From: Klebsiella phage 150049
Sequence record: OP045498.1
Direction: 5' to 3' (one strand)
Length of the DNA: 64,000 bases
This document shows positions 56,512 through 64,000 of the stretch, one piece after another. The notes below the pieces were generated by a model. That model had not been told where the DNA came from. It worked only from the letters and a program-made list of their open reading frames with translations, and searched no databases. Numbering within the stretch: the first letter of the stretch is position 1; every line of letters begins with the position of its first letter. A program made the translations under genes and the position numbers.

Positions 56512-57164
56512 ATAGATCTACCTAATGATCTTTGCTGCGGTGAGCAAAGCTTTGTTAAGTACTCATTAAATTGTTCCGAGTCAGCTGTATCTACGGGTTT
56601 ATCCTTCCAGGCAATACCTATGTATCCAGCATAGATATTATTTAGATTGAAATACGGACAAGTGTAGACGTAATTAAAAGTAACGTTCTTAAACGCGGGT
56701 ATATTTGACCCCATATATTTATTTACTTTTACACTTAAATCCGAAGCGTAGTTAAAGCCTTCCAGGTGACGTCTATAAAGTTCAGACGTCTTGTTTACTG
56801 CTTTATCGGCCAAGTCAGCCCTATCCAATTGCGCATTGCTTTCCCATGCAATAATGTTCGAATAATCGTTTATAGCATCGGGTTTATACTTGACTACAAA
56901 AACAGCATCCGCACCCGTCTGAGAGAAAAGGACCATGCTCTTTTCTCGTGCTACATTAGGAAAGTTATCTATCCTTTGGGTTTGAACATCCTGTAAAACC
57001 GCAGACGTGGAGAAAGTCTTTAAAAATGACATCACCTCGCTAGTGTTACTTACAAACAAGAAAATAATGACAGCAACTAAGATAGTTAGCAGACGTTTTA
57101 GTAGCGAAGCTGGATCTTTCGCTTCTTGGAGCAGTACCGTTAATAGTTGTAGAAACTTTTCCAC
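56508..57164 (-). CDS. hol: Putative holin (T5 Hol-like), 218 aa
   Basis: ATGA-coupled upstream of the endolysin. N-terminal TM (LLTILVAVIIFLFV). Same size as T5 holin (218 aa). Confidence 0.6.
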   Translation of the reverse strand: MEKFLQLLTVLLQEAKDPASLLKRLLTILVAVIIFLFVSNTSEVMSFLKTFSTSAVLQDVQTQRIDNFPNVAREKSMVLFSQTGADAVFVVKYKPDAINDYSNIIAWESNAQLDRADLADKAVNKTSELYRRHLEGFNYASDLSVKVNKYMGSNIPAFKNVTFNYVYTCPYFNLNNIYAGYIGIAWKDKPVDTADSEQFNEYLTKLCSPQQRSLGRSI

Positions 57165-57320
57165 TTGTAACCTCCTCTAACCATTACCATTATACTAATT
57201 CTAGAGGAAAATTACAACGTGTTTTTAAAGATCACTTCTGGAGCATAATTTTTTGTCGTTGTCAAGAAGAATTTTAGGCAAAAGAAAAGCCAGAGTCGTT
57301 AAACTCTGGCTTAAAACTAC

Positions 57321-57920
57321 TTACACTTCTCCATGTTCTTCTGGATGCGGAGCTTGAGCTTTACTATATTGCTCTTTGCGATAATTCGCCAAAATTTCAA
57401 TACGCTTATTGATTTCTTTGCTGTTGAGGTAGATATTCTTATTCTCTTTTACCATATCCTCGATCTCGTCAATAGAGAAGAACGGAAAGTAAACATCGAG
57501 CATCATATCTTCTACAAACTGGTTGTAAGATTCATAGGCTTTCTTGATTTCTTGACCTTTCTCACAGAATCCGCCAGAGAACGTATGTCCCATAAGCGTA
57601 GCATGTGGATGTACAACCCAACCATGGCAAGACAGGAAGATTGTGCAGTAAGCAGAAGCACTAGGACCGAGCAGGTGTCCAATAACCGTTCCACGACAGT
57701 TAGCGATTAGGTTAGATAGTTGTGCAGCAGTATCAACGTAACCACCAGGCCCATTAATCATCAGATTAATTTCATCATCTTCACCAGCCTGCATCAGTAT
57801 CATGGATAGGTCACGATACTCATCTGGTGAACCTAATTCTTCGTCAAAGAAAAAGGTATATTCGTTAGATTGGCGAACAGTGTGAAACAGGTTAGTCTTT
57901 TCTTCTTTCTTGTTAGTCAT
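57321..57920 (-). CDS. ClpP-like serine protease subunit, 199 aa
   Basis: ClpP-family core (INGPGGYV...SAS...H...). The Ser/His/Asp positions are plausible but not verified. Confidence 0.55.
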   Translation of the reverse strand: MTNKKEEKTNLFHTVRQSNEYTFFFDEELGSPDEYRDLSMILMQAGEDDEINLMINGPGGYVDTAAQLSNLIANCRGTVIGHLLGPSASAYCTIFLSCHGWVVHPHATLMGHTFSGGFCEKGQEIKKAYESYNQFVEDMMLDVYFPFFSIDEIEDMVKENKNIYLNSKEINKRIEILANYRKEQYSKAQAPHPEEHGEV

Positions 57921-57932
57921 AGTGATCCTTAA

Positions 57933-58685
57933 TTATCCAACTAGTGGTTCTAGCTCTAAGTCACAGAAGTGGTACACGTCGGTACGAAGTGCATCAAGTC
58001 CGTTGAAGGTATTCTCAAATTTATGAGAAATGTATTTTTCAGGAATACCGCTTTCAGACGGATGATCTGTCTCGATGCGATACTTATTAGTAATACCAGA
58101 TTCAACCTTAATAAGCATGGAATCCATATCTAGAGTATTGGTTTCCATGATTAGCTCTCCCTCATTGGGGAAACGCACATCGGTAACGATTGCGACGTCT
58201 GGGTCGTCTTTATCGATGGATTGCTCCAGAATTATGAGCCAAATGCGTTCATGCACCAGCTGCCTTCCTAACTCAGTACCTACAAGCTGTAGCATTTTTC
58301 TTGGGGAGATAAATACGCTATACAGCGCATCATCAGCTTGCCCAATTAACTGCTGAGGATCAAGGTATTTTCCTTCAAAAATCGGCCAAACGTACGAGAA
58401 GTCCTCAAACTTATCGATACCATACTTAAACCATACGTCTCTAGCTCGCTCCAATTGAGATTGTGTGACCGTAAACCATTGGTCAATCTCTTTTCCCCTG
58501 CGCTCTCCCAGAAACTCTGGAGTTACCCCGAGGATTACGGATGCAAGTTCGTAAACGGGTTTAGCAAAACTGTAACGACGGGATAAACACGTTGGGAACG
58601 TGTCATTACACCAGTCAATCATTAATTCTGCAACGGTATCTTTTCCCGCACCAGCCTCACCATGTAAACCGACTAATACTGACAT
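57933..58685 (-). CDS. dnk: Deoxynucleoside monophosphate kinase, 250 aa
   Basis: P-loop GLHGEAGAGKDT. T5-like dNMP kinase size and position. Confidence 0.75.
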   Translation of the reverse strand: MSVLVGLHGEAGAGKDTVAELMIDWCNDTFPTCLSRRYSFAKPVYELASVILGVTPEFLGERRGKEIDQWFTVTQSQLERARDVWFKYGIDKFEDFSYVWPIFEGKYLDPQQLIGQADDALYSVFISPRKMLQLVGTELGRQLVHERIWLIILEQSIDKDDPDVAIVTDVRFPNEGELIMETNTLDMDSMLIKVESGITNKYRIETDHPSESGIPEKYISHKFENTFNGLDALRTDVYHFCDLELEPLVG

Positions 58686-59038
58686 TAATCTTTCCTATTT
58701 GTAATGGGTGGATAGTAAACTAAGCAACGTTTTTCTTGTAAATCTTGACGATAGAAGCAAACCATACCGGTCAGTCGTGAAATGTAAGAGTAAACTGCTT
58801 CCTCGCATTTTGCTTTTGCATTCCAATCTTTGTAAGGTACAACAACTACTACGCCATCTTCACCATTTGTAGCTAATTTCTTTTCGAATTTGAAATCAAA
58901 GCTACACGGCTGAAGTCCTTTAGGCCAGTCAACATGAGCTTGCTTTAACTCATGAGATGGCTCTGGTTTTATTTCTTCTGCACAGCCTGTGATTGTGATT
59001 GCGGCTGCGAGCAGTACTCCAAGTTTCCAGTTAAACAT
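58685..59038 (-). CDS. Outer-membrane lipoprotein, candidate o-spanin, 117 aa
   Basis: Lipobox ITGC (MFNWKLGVLLAAAITITGC). Start overlaps the 3' end of the upstream TM/coiled-coil ORF by 70 nt in a different frame. Confidence 0.55.
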   Translation of the reverse strand: MFNWKLGVLLAAAITITGCAEEIKPEPSHELKQAHVDWPKGLQPCSFDFKFEKKLATNGEDGVVVVVPYKDWNAKAKCEEAVYSYISRLTGMVCFYRQDLQEKRCLVYYPPITNRKD

Positions 59039-59418
59039 GCTAATCTTTCCTCGAACTCTTTATTCTGCTTTTTAGCAATTAATGTTACCAATCCAGGCTT
59101 TGCAGCGATAACATCCTGACGACTAAGAGCTTTATCTAACTGCTTAATCTTTTTGTCTAGATCTGCTTGCGAAATATTATTCATTGTGAAGTACTGATTC
59201 ATTAGAGTCTCACGAAGTTCACTCTCAGTTTTCACTTTATTAAGAGAAGTCTCTAGAGTGGAGATCTTTTTAGTCGCAACTGCAAGATCTCCCGCTAAAG
59301 TTTCAACCTTATTTACTAAATGATAAGCACCGAATCCGATACCTATCGCAAGACCAGCTCCCAGGATATACCACTTACCTTGCCATATTCCTGAAAGAAG
59401 TTTTTGTATCAAATCCAT
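58969..59418 (-). CDS. Membrane-anchored coiled-coil protein, candidate i-spanin, 149 aa
   Basis: N-terminal TM (WYILGAGLAIGIGFGAY) then a long coiled coil. Overlapped lipoprotein partner. Confidence 0.55.
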   Translation of the reverse strand: MDLIQKLLSGIWQGKWYILGAGLAIGIGFGAYHLVNKVETLAGDLAVATKKISTLETSLNKVKTESELRETLMNQYFTMNNISQADLDKKIKQLDKALSRQDVIAAKPGLVTLIAKKQNKEFEERLACLTGNLEYCSQPQSQSQAVQKK

Positions 59419-60073
59419 GTGCTGCTAACCTGTCTTTATCTGATACGGTAATCATATCAGGCTCACCAGTTCCTAGTACACCGAAGATATACTGTTCGAG
59501 AACTTGGTGTAAACGGTATAAGTTACTTTCAATTTCCTGCCACGGAATACCTGACTGGTGGAAACGAATGTTTGTCTGAATTACGAAGTTACGAACATCA
59601 TCGTTATCGTTCTTCTTAATACCTTTCACATACGCAATTGGTACGCGCAGTTCAGATAAGATACGTTCTGCTTTAGGTTTTGCTTCAACCAACATATCTC
59701 GCATGGTTTCACGAACATCACCACGATTCTTATCTAGTAAGTAAGAACGGGCATGTAATCCCATTTCTTCCATTTTATCAAATACAGCATCGATGTTGAA
59801 CGTTTTGAAACTGAATGCCGGATGCCAGCAGGACAGCTCATGTAACCAGTAAACTTCACCTGCAATAAATAGCGGATTTACTGAGTATTCGAAATCACCA
59901 CGGAAGGATAAGGAACCCTCACGAAACACCTGACGATTATGAACAATATTCTTTTCTACATCGTCAGTTACTTTTACCAGCAGCTCTTCAGTTTTACGCT
60001 CCCAGACACGATCTGGATCAAATAAACTATTCTGCAAATCGTATACATCATTGAACTTTGAAATGATTCTCAT
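59375..60073 (-). CDS. Hypothetical early protein, 232 aa
   Basis: Downstream of an early promoter cassette (-10 at 60105-60110). Confidence 0.5.
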   Translation of the reverse strand: MRIISKFNDVYDLQNSLFDPDRVWERKTEELLVKVTDDVEKNIVHNRQVFREGSLSFRGDFEYSVNPLFIAGEVYWLHELSCWHPAFSFKTFNIDAVFDKMEEMGLHARSYLLDKNRGDVRETMRDMLVEAKPKAERILSELRVPIAYVKGIKKNDNDDVRNFVIQTNIRFHQSGIPWQEIESNLYRLHQVLEQYIFGVLGTGEPDMITVSDKDRLAAHGFDTKTSFRNMAR

Positions 60074-60218
60074 AAATTATCCTTTTGCCTCAATCTATAA
60101 ACATATTATACAATACTTGTGGCATCTGAGCAACTGAAATTTTATTACAAAAATAGCCCAGTCGCAAAATTGCAGGCTGGGCTTTGTCATTATTATTCTT
60201 GCTAGGAGGTGATTATCA

Positions 60219-60608
60219 TCACTCTTGTTTACTTAATTCTCTAGCACGACGTAGCGATCCAGCGGTTCTCCATAATTTAATGTCGTCAACAACTTCTTTG
60301 TAGGGAGCAATAGTAAGACCTAGCGGCCCCGCTACCAACAGTCCAAAGAAACCAATTACACGCATGTAAAGCAAGCATTCTTTGGGAGTCATTGACTGGA
60401 CAGCCTGTCTTTCCTCAGCACTGTCGAACTCGTGTTCTTGATCGTCTAAACGTAGGTACTTAATAAACCATTCAGCAGAATATTCATCCAGATGACGAAT
60501 AACTGCAATAGCATAGCCTAAACCAATAATAAACCATGCTGCTACAATGAATAAAATAAAGCTCATGATATCTCCAATTAAAGTTGAGGTCAGCGACCAA
60601 CTCACCAC
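60219..60608 (-). CDS. Membrane protein, 129 aa
   Basis: 2-3 TM segments. Confidence 0.45.
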   Translation of the reverse strand: MVSWSLTSTLIGDIMSFILFIVAAWFIIGLGYAIAVIRHLDEYSAEWFIKYLRLDDQEHEFDSAEERQAVQSMTPKECLLYMRVIGFFGLLVAGPLGLTIAPYKEVVDDIKLWRTAGSLRRARELSKQE

Positions 60609-60682
60609 TTACCGCACTAAGGGGCACGACTCCCTTATCCGTAACAGTTGCAGGTGACGCAACTCGGTCCTACGCGAGTTCT

Positions 60683-60967
60683 TTACTTGCTCTGCATTTC
60701 AGCACGGAACTTTTTCATCTTACGAGTTTTACGGAAGAAGAAATAAGTAGCTACTGGCCCGAACAAGGTGTCCATGATAAGCATACCTGACATAATGAAT
60801 TTGAACATCTTTTCATCGTCAAATTCTGCTAATTCTGGTGGACGATATTTGTTTATAACATAAAGAATAACATCTTTATTTTTAGAGATATACAGATCAT
60901 CAATCAGACTGTAAATCGCGACAACCGCACCAATAACAAACCACAAAGCAAATGGAGAGATAATCAT
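60683..60967 (-). CDS. Membrane protein, 94 aa
   Basis: 2 TM segments. Confidence 0.45.
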   Translation of the reverse strand: MIISPFALWFVIGAVVAIYSLIDDLYISKNKDVILYVINKYRPPELAEFDDEKMFKFIMSGMLIMDTLFGPVATYFFFRKTRKMKKFRAEMQSK

Positions 60968-61257
60968 TTAAGATCCTTTTCGTCAATTAAAATAGTAACA
61001 AATAATGGTACACAACCTGGGCATAAATCTTTGCCAAACTTTTCCATTACATCCCAAAGTGGTAAAGTAATCATACCATTCTTAACTCTAGGATCTGTAT
61101 ACTCAGCTATTCGTTTATTTGCAAAATCGGTAGCTAAATCTGAATTATGCTCATAGCTATAATCAGTCCAGAATTTAGTGTGATCCTTTCTAAGATACTC
61201 TAGTACAGCATCAGTTGCTGGAATCTGTACTAGACTGTTGAGATTTAGCTCTTTCAC
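60964..61257 (-). CDS. Hypothetical protein, 97 aa
   Basis: ORF. Confidence 0.4.
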   Translation of the reverse strand: MKELNLNSLVQIPATDAVLEYLRKDHTKFWTDYSYEHNSDLATDFANKRIAEYTDPRVKNGMITLPLWDVMEKFGKDLCPGCVPLFVTILIDEKDLK

Positions 61258-61708
61258 GTTCTTCTCTCCGACGTTTGCGTTCTTTCATCATGTAAGCTGC
61301 TACAACCTCATGGTAGTAGTCGTTAATGTTGCCTTCTGGCAAGAAATGTTTAATTGTTTCTAGCTGGCAGATAACACGGTAAAGATGTTTATTTGGTAGA
61401 CATAATTTCATGCCCATAACAAATCCAGAGAAGCCTGGAACACTGAACATGGGTTGGGCTTCTACGTTACCCTCGGGATTGATACTAAGTTCAATCGAGA
61501 TACCCATTTTCATACTATAAAGCTGGCAACCTTCACCATTACCAAATCTTGACCAAACAGTGAAGTCCTCATCAATTTGATCTTGGATTTCTTCGACTGC
61601 ATGTTTAATTCTAGGGTCTAAATTACTCATCTTCACCTTCAAAGCCGCAGTCATAACGGCAAGTAAAAGAATCAGAACTATTAGTACGTTGAGTAGTGAT
61701 TTCACCAC
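61211..61708 (-). CDS. Hypothetical protein with N-terminal TM and basic C-terminal tail, 165 aa
   Basis: ORF. Confidence 0.4.
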   Translation of the reverse strand: MVKSLLNVLIVLILLLAVMTAALKVKMSNLDPRIKHAVEEIQDQIDEDFTVWSRFGNGEGCQLYSMKMGISIELSINPEGNVEAQPMFSVPGFSGFVMGMKLCLPNKHLYRVICQLETIKHFLPEGNINDYYHEVVAAYMMKERKRRREERERAKSQQSSTDSSN

Positions 61709-62033
61709 GTTTGCTAACAGTAACAGCCGGAGTAGAGAAGTTTTTATTAGTATAGATTTCTACTTTACCATTACGTTCTTTAACATCACGTACTTTACCA
61801 TATTCGGTGGTAATGCCGTTCTGTTGAACTTTAACATTACCATTTTTCATAGAAACTTTGGTAGATGCCAGAGAACCGAAACTAACTGCTGAAATTACCA
61901 GAGCAATAATAAACTTATTCATCAGGATCTTCCTCATTACAGTCACGGCATACATCATAATCGTTGTAAGAATGTTCGTGCGCTTCACACCACCAGCCAC
62001 ATTCGTCACACAGAAAGATTTCGGTCTTTTCAA
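61623..62033 (-). CDS. Secreted/periplasmic protein, 136 aa (signal peptide probably from the internal Met MNKFIIALVISAVSFGSLAS)
   Basis: Signal-peptide-like segment. Overlaps the neighbouring ORF, so the start is uncertain. Confidence 0.4.
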   Translation of the reverse strand: MKRPKSFCVTNVAGGVKRTNILTTIMMYAVTVMRKILMNKFIIALVISAVSFGSLASTKVSMKNGNVKVQQNGITTEYGKVRDVKERNGKVEIYTNKNFSTPAVTVSKRGEITTQRTNSSDSFTCRYDCGFEGEDE

Positions 62034-62196
62034 TGGCTTGGCCTAGTAATTCGTCGGCTTCGTCATGTGTAATCTTCAGGCTACAAACATCAGCTACTTG
62101 TTGAACAATCAGACTCCCTACTTTGTGGTAGGACATGCAGGTTCCCTGTGCATCATGCTCAAGGACGTGGATAGCACAGTCTAAGCGATTTTTCAT
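61915..62196 (-). CDS. Cys-rich zinc-finger-like protein, 93 aa
   Basis: CDECGWWC...CRDC motifs. Downstream of an early promoter cassette (-10 at 62227-62232). Confidence 0.45.
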   Translation of the reverse strand: MKNRLDCAIHVLEHDAQGTCMSYHKVGSLIVQQVADVCSLKITHDEADELLGQAIEKTEIFLCDECGWWCEAHEHSYNDYDVCRDCNEEDPDE

Positions 62197-62272
62197 TTCA
62201 AAGCCCTCTCATCAATTTATATAAATATTATATCAAAAGGAGAGGGTTTTAGCAAATGAATTATTTACGAAA

Positions 62273-62626
62273 TTAGTCGTAGCACCACCATAACCCGCGC
62301 TTACGCAGGTCATGATCGCGATTATAGTCGTAATTTTCTGGATCTTTCATCACATGGTGAAGTTCGTAACGGTTTCCCTGACGAACCATTTTGTTAGAAT
62401 GCCACTTAACATTCCTACTAACAGAATCCCAATTGTACCCATCCTTTTTCTCATATTTAATGATATCGTCTTGTAATTCCTTTTCAATTTCTTCTCTAGT
62501 GTACGGGACTGCCGGTTCTTTCAAGGCGAAGAAACGACGATTGTACCCAAGAGTAAAGTTGAATTTAGAACGATGTGCATCACGCCAGTGACGATCACCA
62601 GATTGTTTACGATATGTACGGCTCAT
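62273..62626 (-). CDS. Hypothetical basic protein, 117 aa
   Basis: ORF. Confidence 0.4.
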   Translation of the reverse strand: MSRTYRKQSGDRHWRDAHRSKFNFTLGYNRRFFALKEPAVPYTREEIEKELQDDIIKYEKKDGYNWDSVSRNVKWHSNKMVRQGNRYELHHVMKDPENYDYNRDHDLRKRGLWWCYD

Positions 62627-62684
62627 ATTACCTCCATTAAGTCTTTTAAATTAACTTAATGTGGGCGAACTTCAAAATATAACA

Positions 62685-62870
62685 TCAGTAATCTCCGTTG
62701 TCGTTGTATACTACCCCACTGCTCGGGAGTTCTTCTACTGTCACATCCTCGAATTCTATAGAACTTCTATGGTTTCTAGCCAGTTCGATTGCTTCTTCTG
62801 CAGTTTCTGCAACGACAATAGCTGTACCACCTAACCACAGGCCGCTATAGTTCACTTTAAAAATTTTCAT
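62685..62870 (-). CDS. Hypothetical protein, 61 aa
   Basis: ORF. Confidence 0.35.
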   Translation of the reverse strand: MKIFKVNYSGLWLGGTAIVVAETAEEAIELARNHRSSIEFEDVTVEELPSSGVVYNDNGDY

Positions 62871-62934
62871 TTCGAAAATCCTACATACAAGAAAACCCCA
62901 GACTACTTATTCAATAGCTGGGGTTTATTATTAA

Positions 62935-63234
62935 TTAGATAATTTCGACAATATCCTGAGTTACAAAACCGTCGAATTCATCAGAGATACCACCTGTAAA
63001 GGTGATGCCCATAATCATTGCATCCATCTTTTTAATCTCCGAGATTTTCATACCTGCTTTACTATTCTTATAGTATTTGCGAGGATTCCCACACATCCAA
63101 CAAGAACAGATGCAAGGAGTGGTAGTGATAATGCCTAACCGCTTAGGACTTTCTTCATGTGGGAAGACTGTCCAATACTTTTTGCGATTGTTTTTCACAC
63201 GTTGCCGGTGATGGCGTCTTAATGCTCGATCCAC
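62935..63234 (-). CDS. Hypothetical Cys-rich protein, 99 aa
   Basis: CICSCWMCGNPRKYY motif. Confidence 0.4.
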   Translation of the reverse strand: MDRALRRHHRQRVKNNRKKYWTVFPHEESPKRLGIITTTPCICSCWMCGNPRKYYKNSKAGMKISEIKKMDAMIMGITFTGGISDEFDGFVTQDIVEII

Positions 63235-63315
63235 ACATTTCTCCTAAAACTTGGGAGATAAATGGAGTTTGCTCGACTACCTTGCGTAGCTGGGAGAAAT
63301 CGTATCCAAACCCCA

Positions 63316-63684
63316 TTATATCGCCTGAGTAAATGTACGACTAATAACGTCGTTCTGTTGTTCACGCGTCAATGCGTTAAATCGAACAGCATAGCCAGAG
63401 ACACGGATGGTCAACTGAGGATATTTTTCAGGATGTTTCTGTGCATCCAAAAGCTGATCACGGCTTAACACATTGACATTTAGGTGCTGACCACCCTCGA
63501 CTTGAGGAACCACTTCCACATCTACAATGCGAAAGGCCTCAGGGTCAAAGTGAGGTGTGATACCTTCTAGATCTTCGACTAGAACTTTCTGTTTAAGTTC
63601 ACCATCTTTAGAATATAGTTGAATGATCTGATTGTTATGAACAATGTTAATTACGCCAGACTTAAGACTTTGATATGCTTTCAT
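63316..63684 (-). CDS. grcA: Autonomous glycyl-radical cofactor (GrcA/YfiD-like), 122 aa
   Basis: C-terminal glycyl-radical signature ...[32 protein letters not shown], very close to E. coli GrcA (...[29 protein letters not shown]) as I recall it. Confidence 0.8.
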   Translation of the reverse strand: MKAYQSLKSGVINIVHNNQIIQLYSKDGELKQKVLVEDLEGITPHFDPEAFRIVDVEVVPQVEGGQHLNVNVLSRDQLLDAQKHPEKYPQLTIRVSGYAVRFNALTREQQNDVISRTFTQAI

Positions 63685-63867
63685 TAGATCTCCCTGATGT
63701 TAGAATTTGGCTCAGCTTTTTGTTAACCCAGAAGCAAGATAAAAACTGGGAGGCAGGCTGTTTATTAAGTGAATACCCGATAATCGCTCGTAGTCCGGCT
63801 TGTGGATTGATAGTCCCATTCAGTTTAATAAACACAGAGATCTGGCACAAAGGCCTGATCTTATCTT

Positions 63868-63943
63868 TGGTAGTTAGTAGTGGATTTGAACCACTGTAGT
63901 CGCTCCGTATGAAGGAGGTGCATAACCGCTCTGCCAACTAACT
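63868..63943 (-). tRNA. tRNA with CAT anticodon (Met or Ile2-type), 76 nt, with encoded CCA
   Basis: Reverse complement folds by hand into a cloverleaf: 7-bp acceptor stem AGTTAGT/ACTAACT, T-arm AGTGG-TTCAAAT-CCACT, anticodon loop TTCATAC. Not checked with software. Confidence 0.6.
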
Positions 63944-63949
63944 ATAATT

Positions 63950-64000
63950 TGGTACTCCGACTTGGGATCGAACCAAGATTTGACGATTATCGGTCGCCTG
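63950..64000 (-). tRNA. Partial tRNA (3' portion; 5' part beyond window end), anticodon GAT (Ile) by hand folding
   Basis: Reverse complement ends ...GGCGACCGATAATCGTCAAATCTTGGTTCGATCCCAAGTCGGAGTACCA, which gives T-arm CTTGG-TTCGATC-CCAAG and an acceptor 3' strand plus CCA. Confidence 0.5.

Noticed and set aside
63662-63937. 91-aa ORF on the - strand (and 74-aa + strand ORF) at the window end
   Set aside because: Overlaps the tRNA gene at 63868-63943 and the GrcA-like gene start. Most likely spurious.

Overview
This window reads as a T5-like siphovirus (Tequintavirus/Demerecviridae-like) genome segment. I assign it from remembered T5 protein sequences, gene sizes and gene order; no database search was run.

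Layout, left to right:
- 1-6.2 kb, + strand: the end of the replication/recombination block (a D11-like acidic-tail protein, SbcD-like D12, SbcC-like D13, D14, the D15 flap endonuclease whose protein is near-identical to my recollection of T5 FEN, and dUTPase), driven by two tandem strong sigma70 promoters.
- 6.2-34.0 kb, - strand: the complete late structural module. In transcription order it holds terminase small and large subunits, an HNH endonuclease, portal pb7, decoration protein pb10, prohead protease pb11, major capsid protein pb8, head and tail completion proteins, tail tube pb6, p140, two chaperone ORFs, tape measure pb2, pb9, pb3, pb4, collar p132, and two consecutive L-shaped tail fiber genes. 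Each fiber gene ends in a C-terminal intramolecular chaperone domain, as in the branched LtfA/LtfB fibers of DT57C. Downstream lies a pb5-like receptor-binding protein gene divergently paired with a small lipoprotein resembling Llp.
- 34.4-46.1 kb: what looks like a single, collapsed copy of the terminal repeat (first-step-transfer DNA). It carries pre-early genes dmp, A1 and A2 with small ORFs on the - strand. Embedded in it is an opposite-strand cluster of 7 unknown ORFs (41.4-44.6 kb), each with its own intrinsic terminator. That cluster is flanked by inverted DnaA-box modules and followed by a 1.5 kb non-coding repeat region, which may be the injection-stop signal or repeat boundary.
- 46.1-64.0 kb, - strand: the early region. 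It contains holin, the L-Ala-D-Glu peptidase endolysin, a candidate overlapping spanin pair, dNMP kinase, a ClpP-like protease, a thioredoxin-like protein, two metallophosphatases, a GrcA-like glycyl-radical protein, many small membrane proteins, and two tRNA genes at the window end. At least six early promoter cassettes share one architecture.

The most unusual, least explained elements are the opposite-strand pre-early cluster with its flanking inverted repeats and the TGCRAATC-family repeat array.
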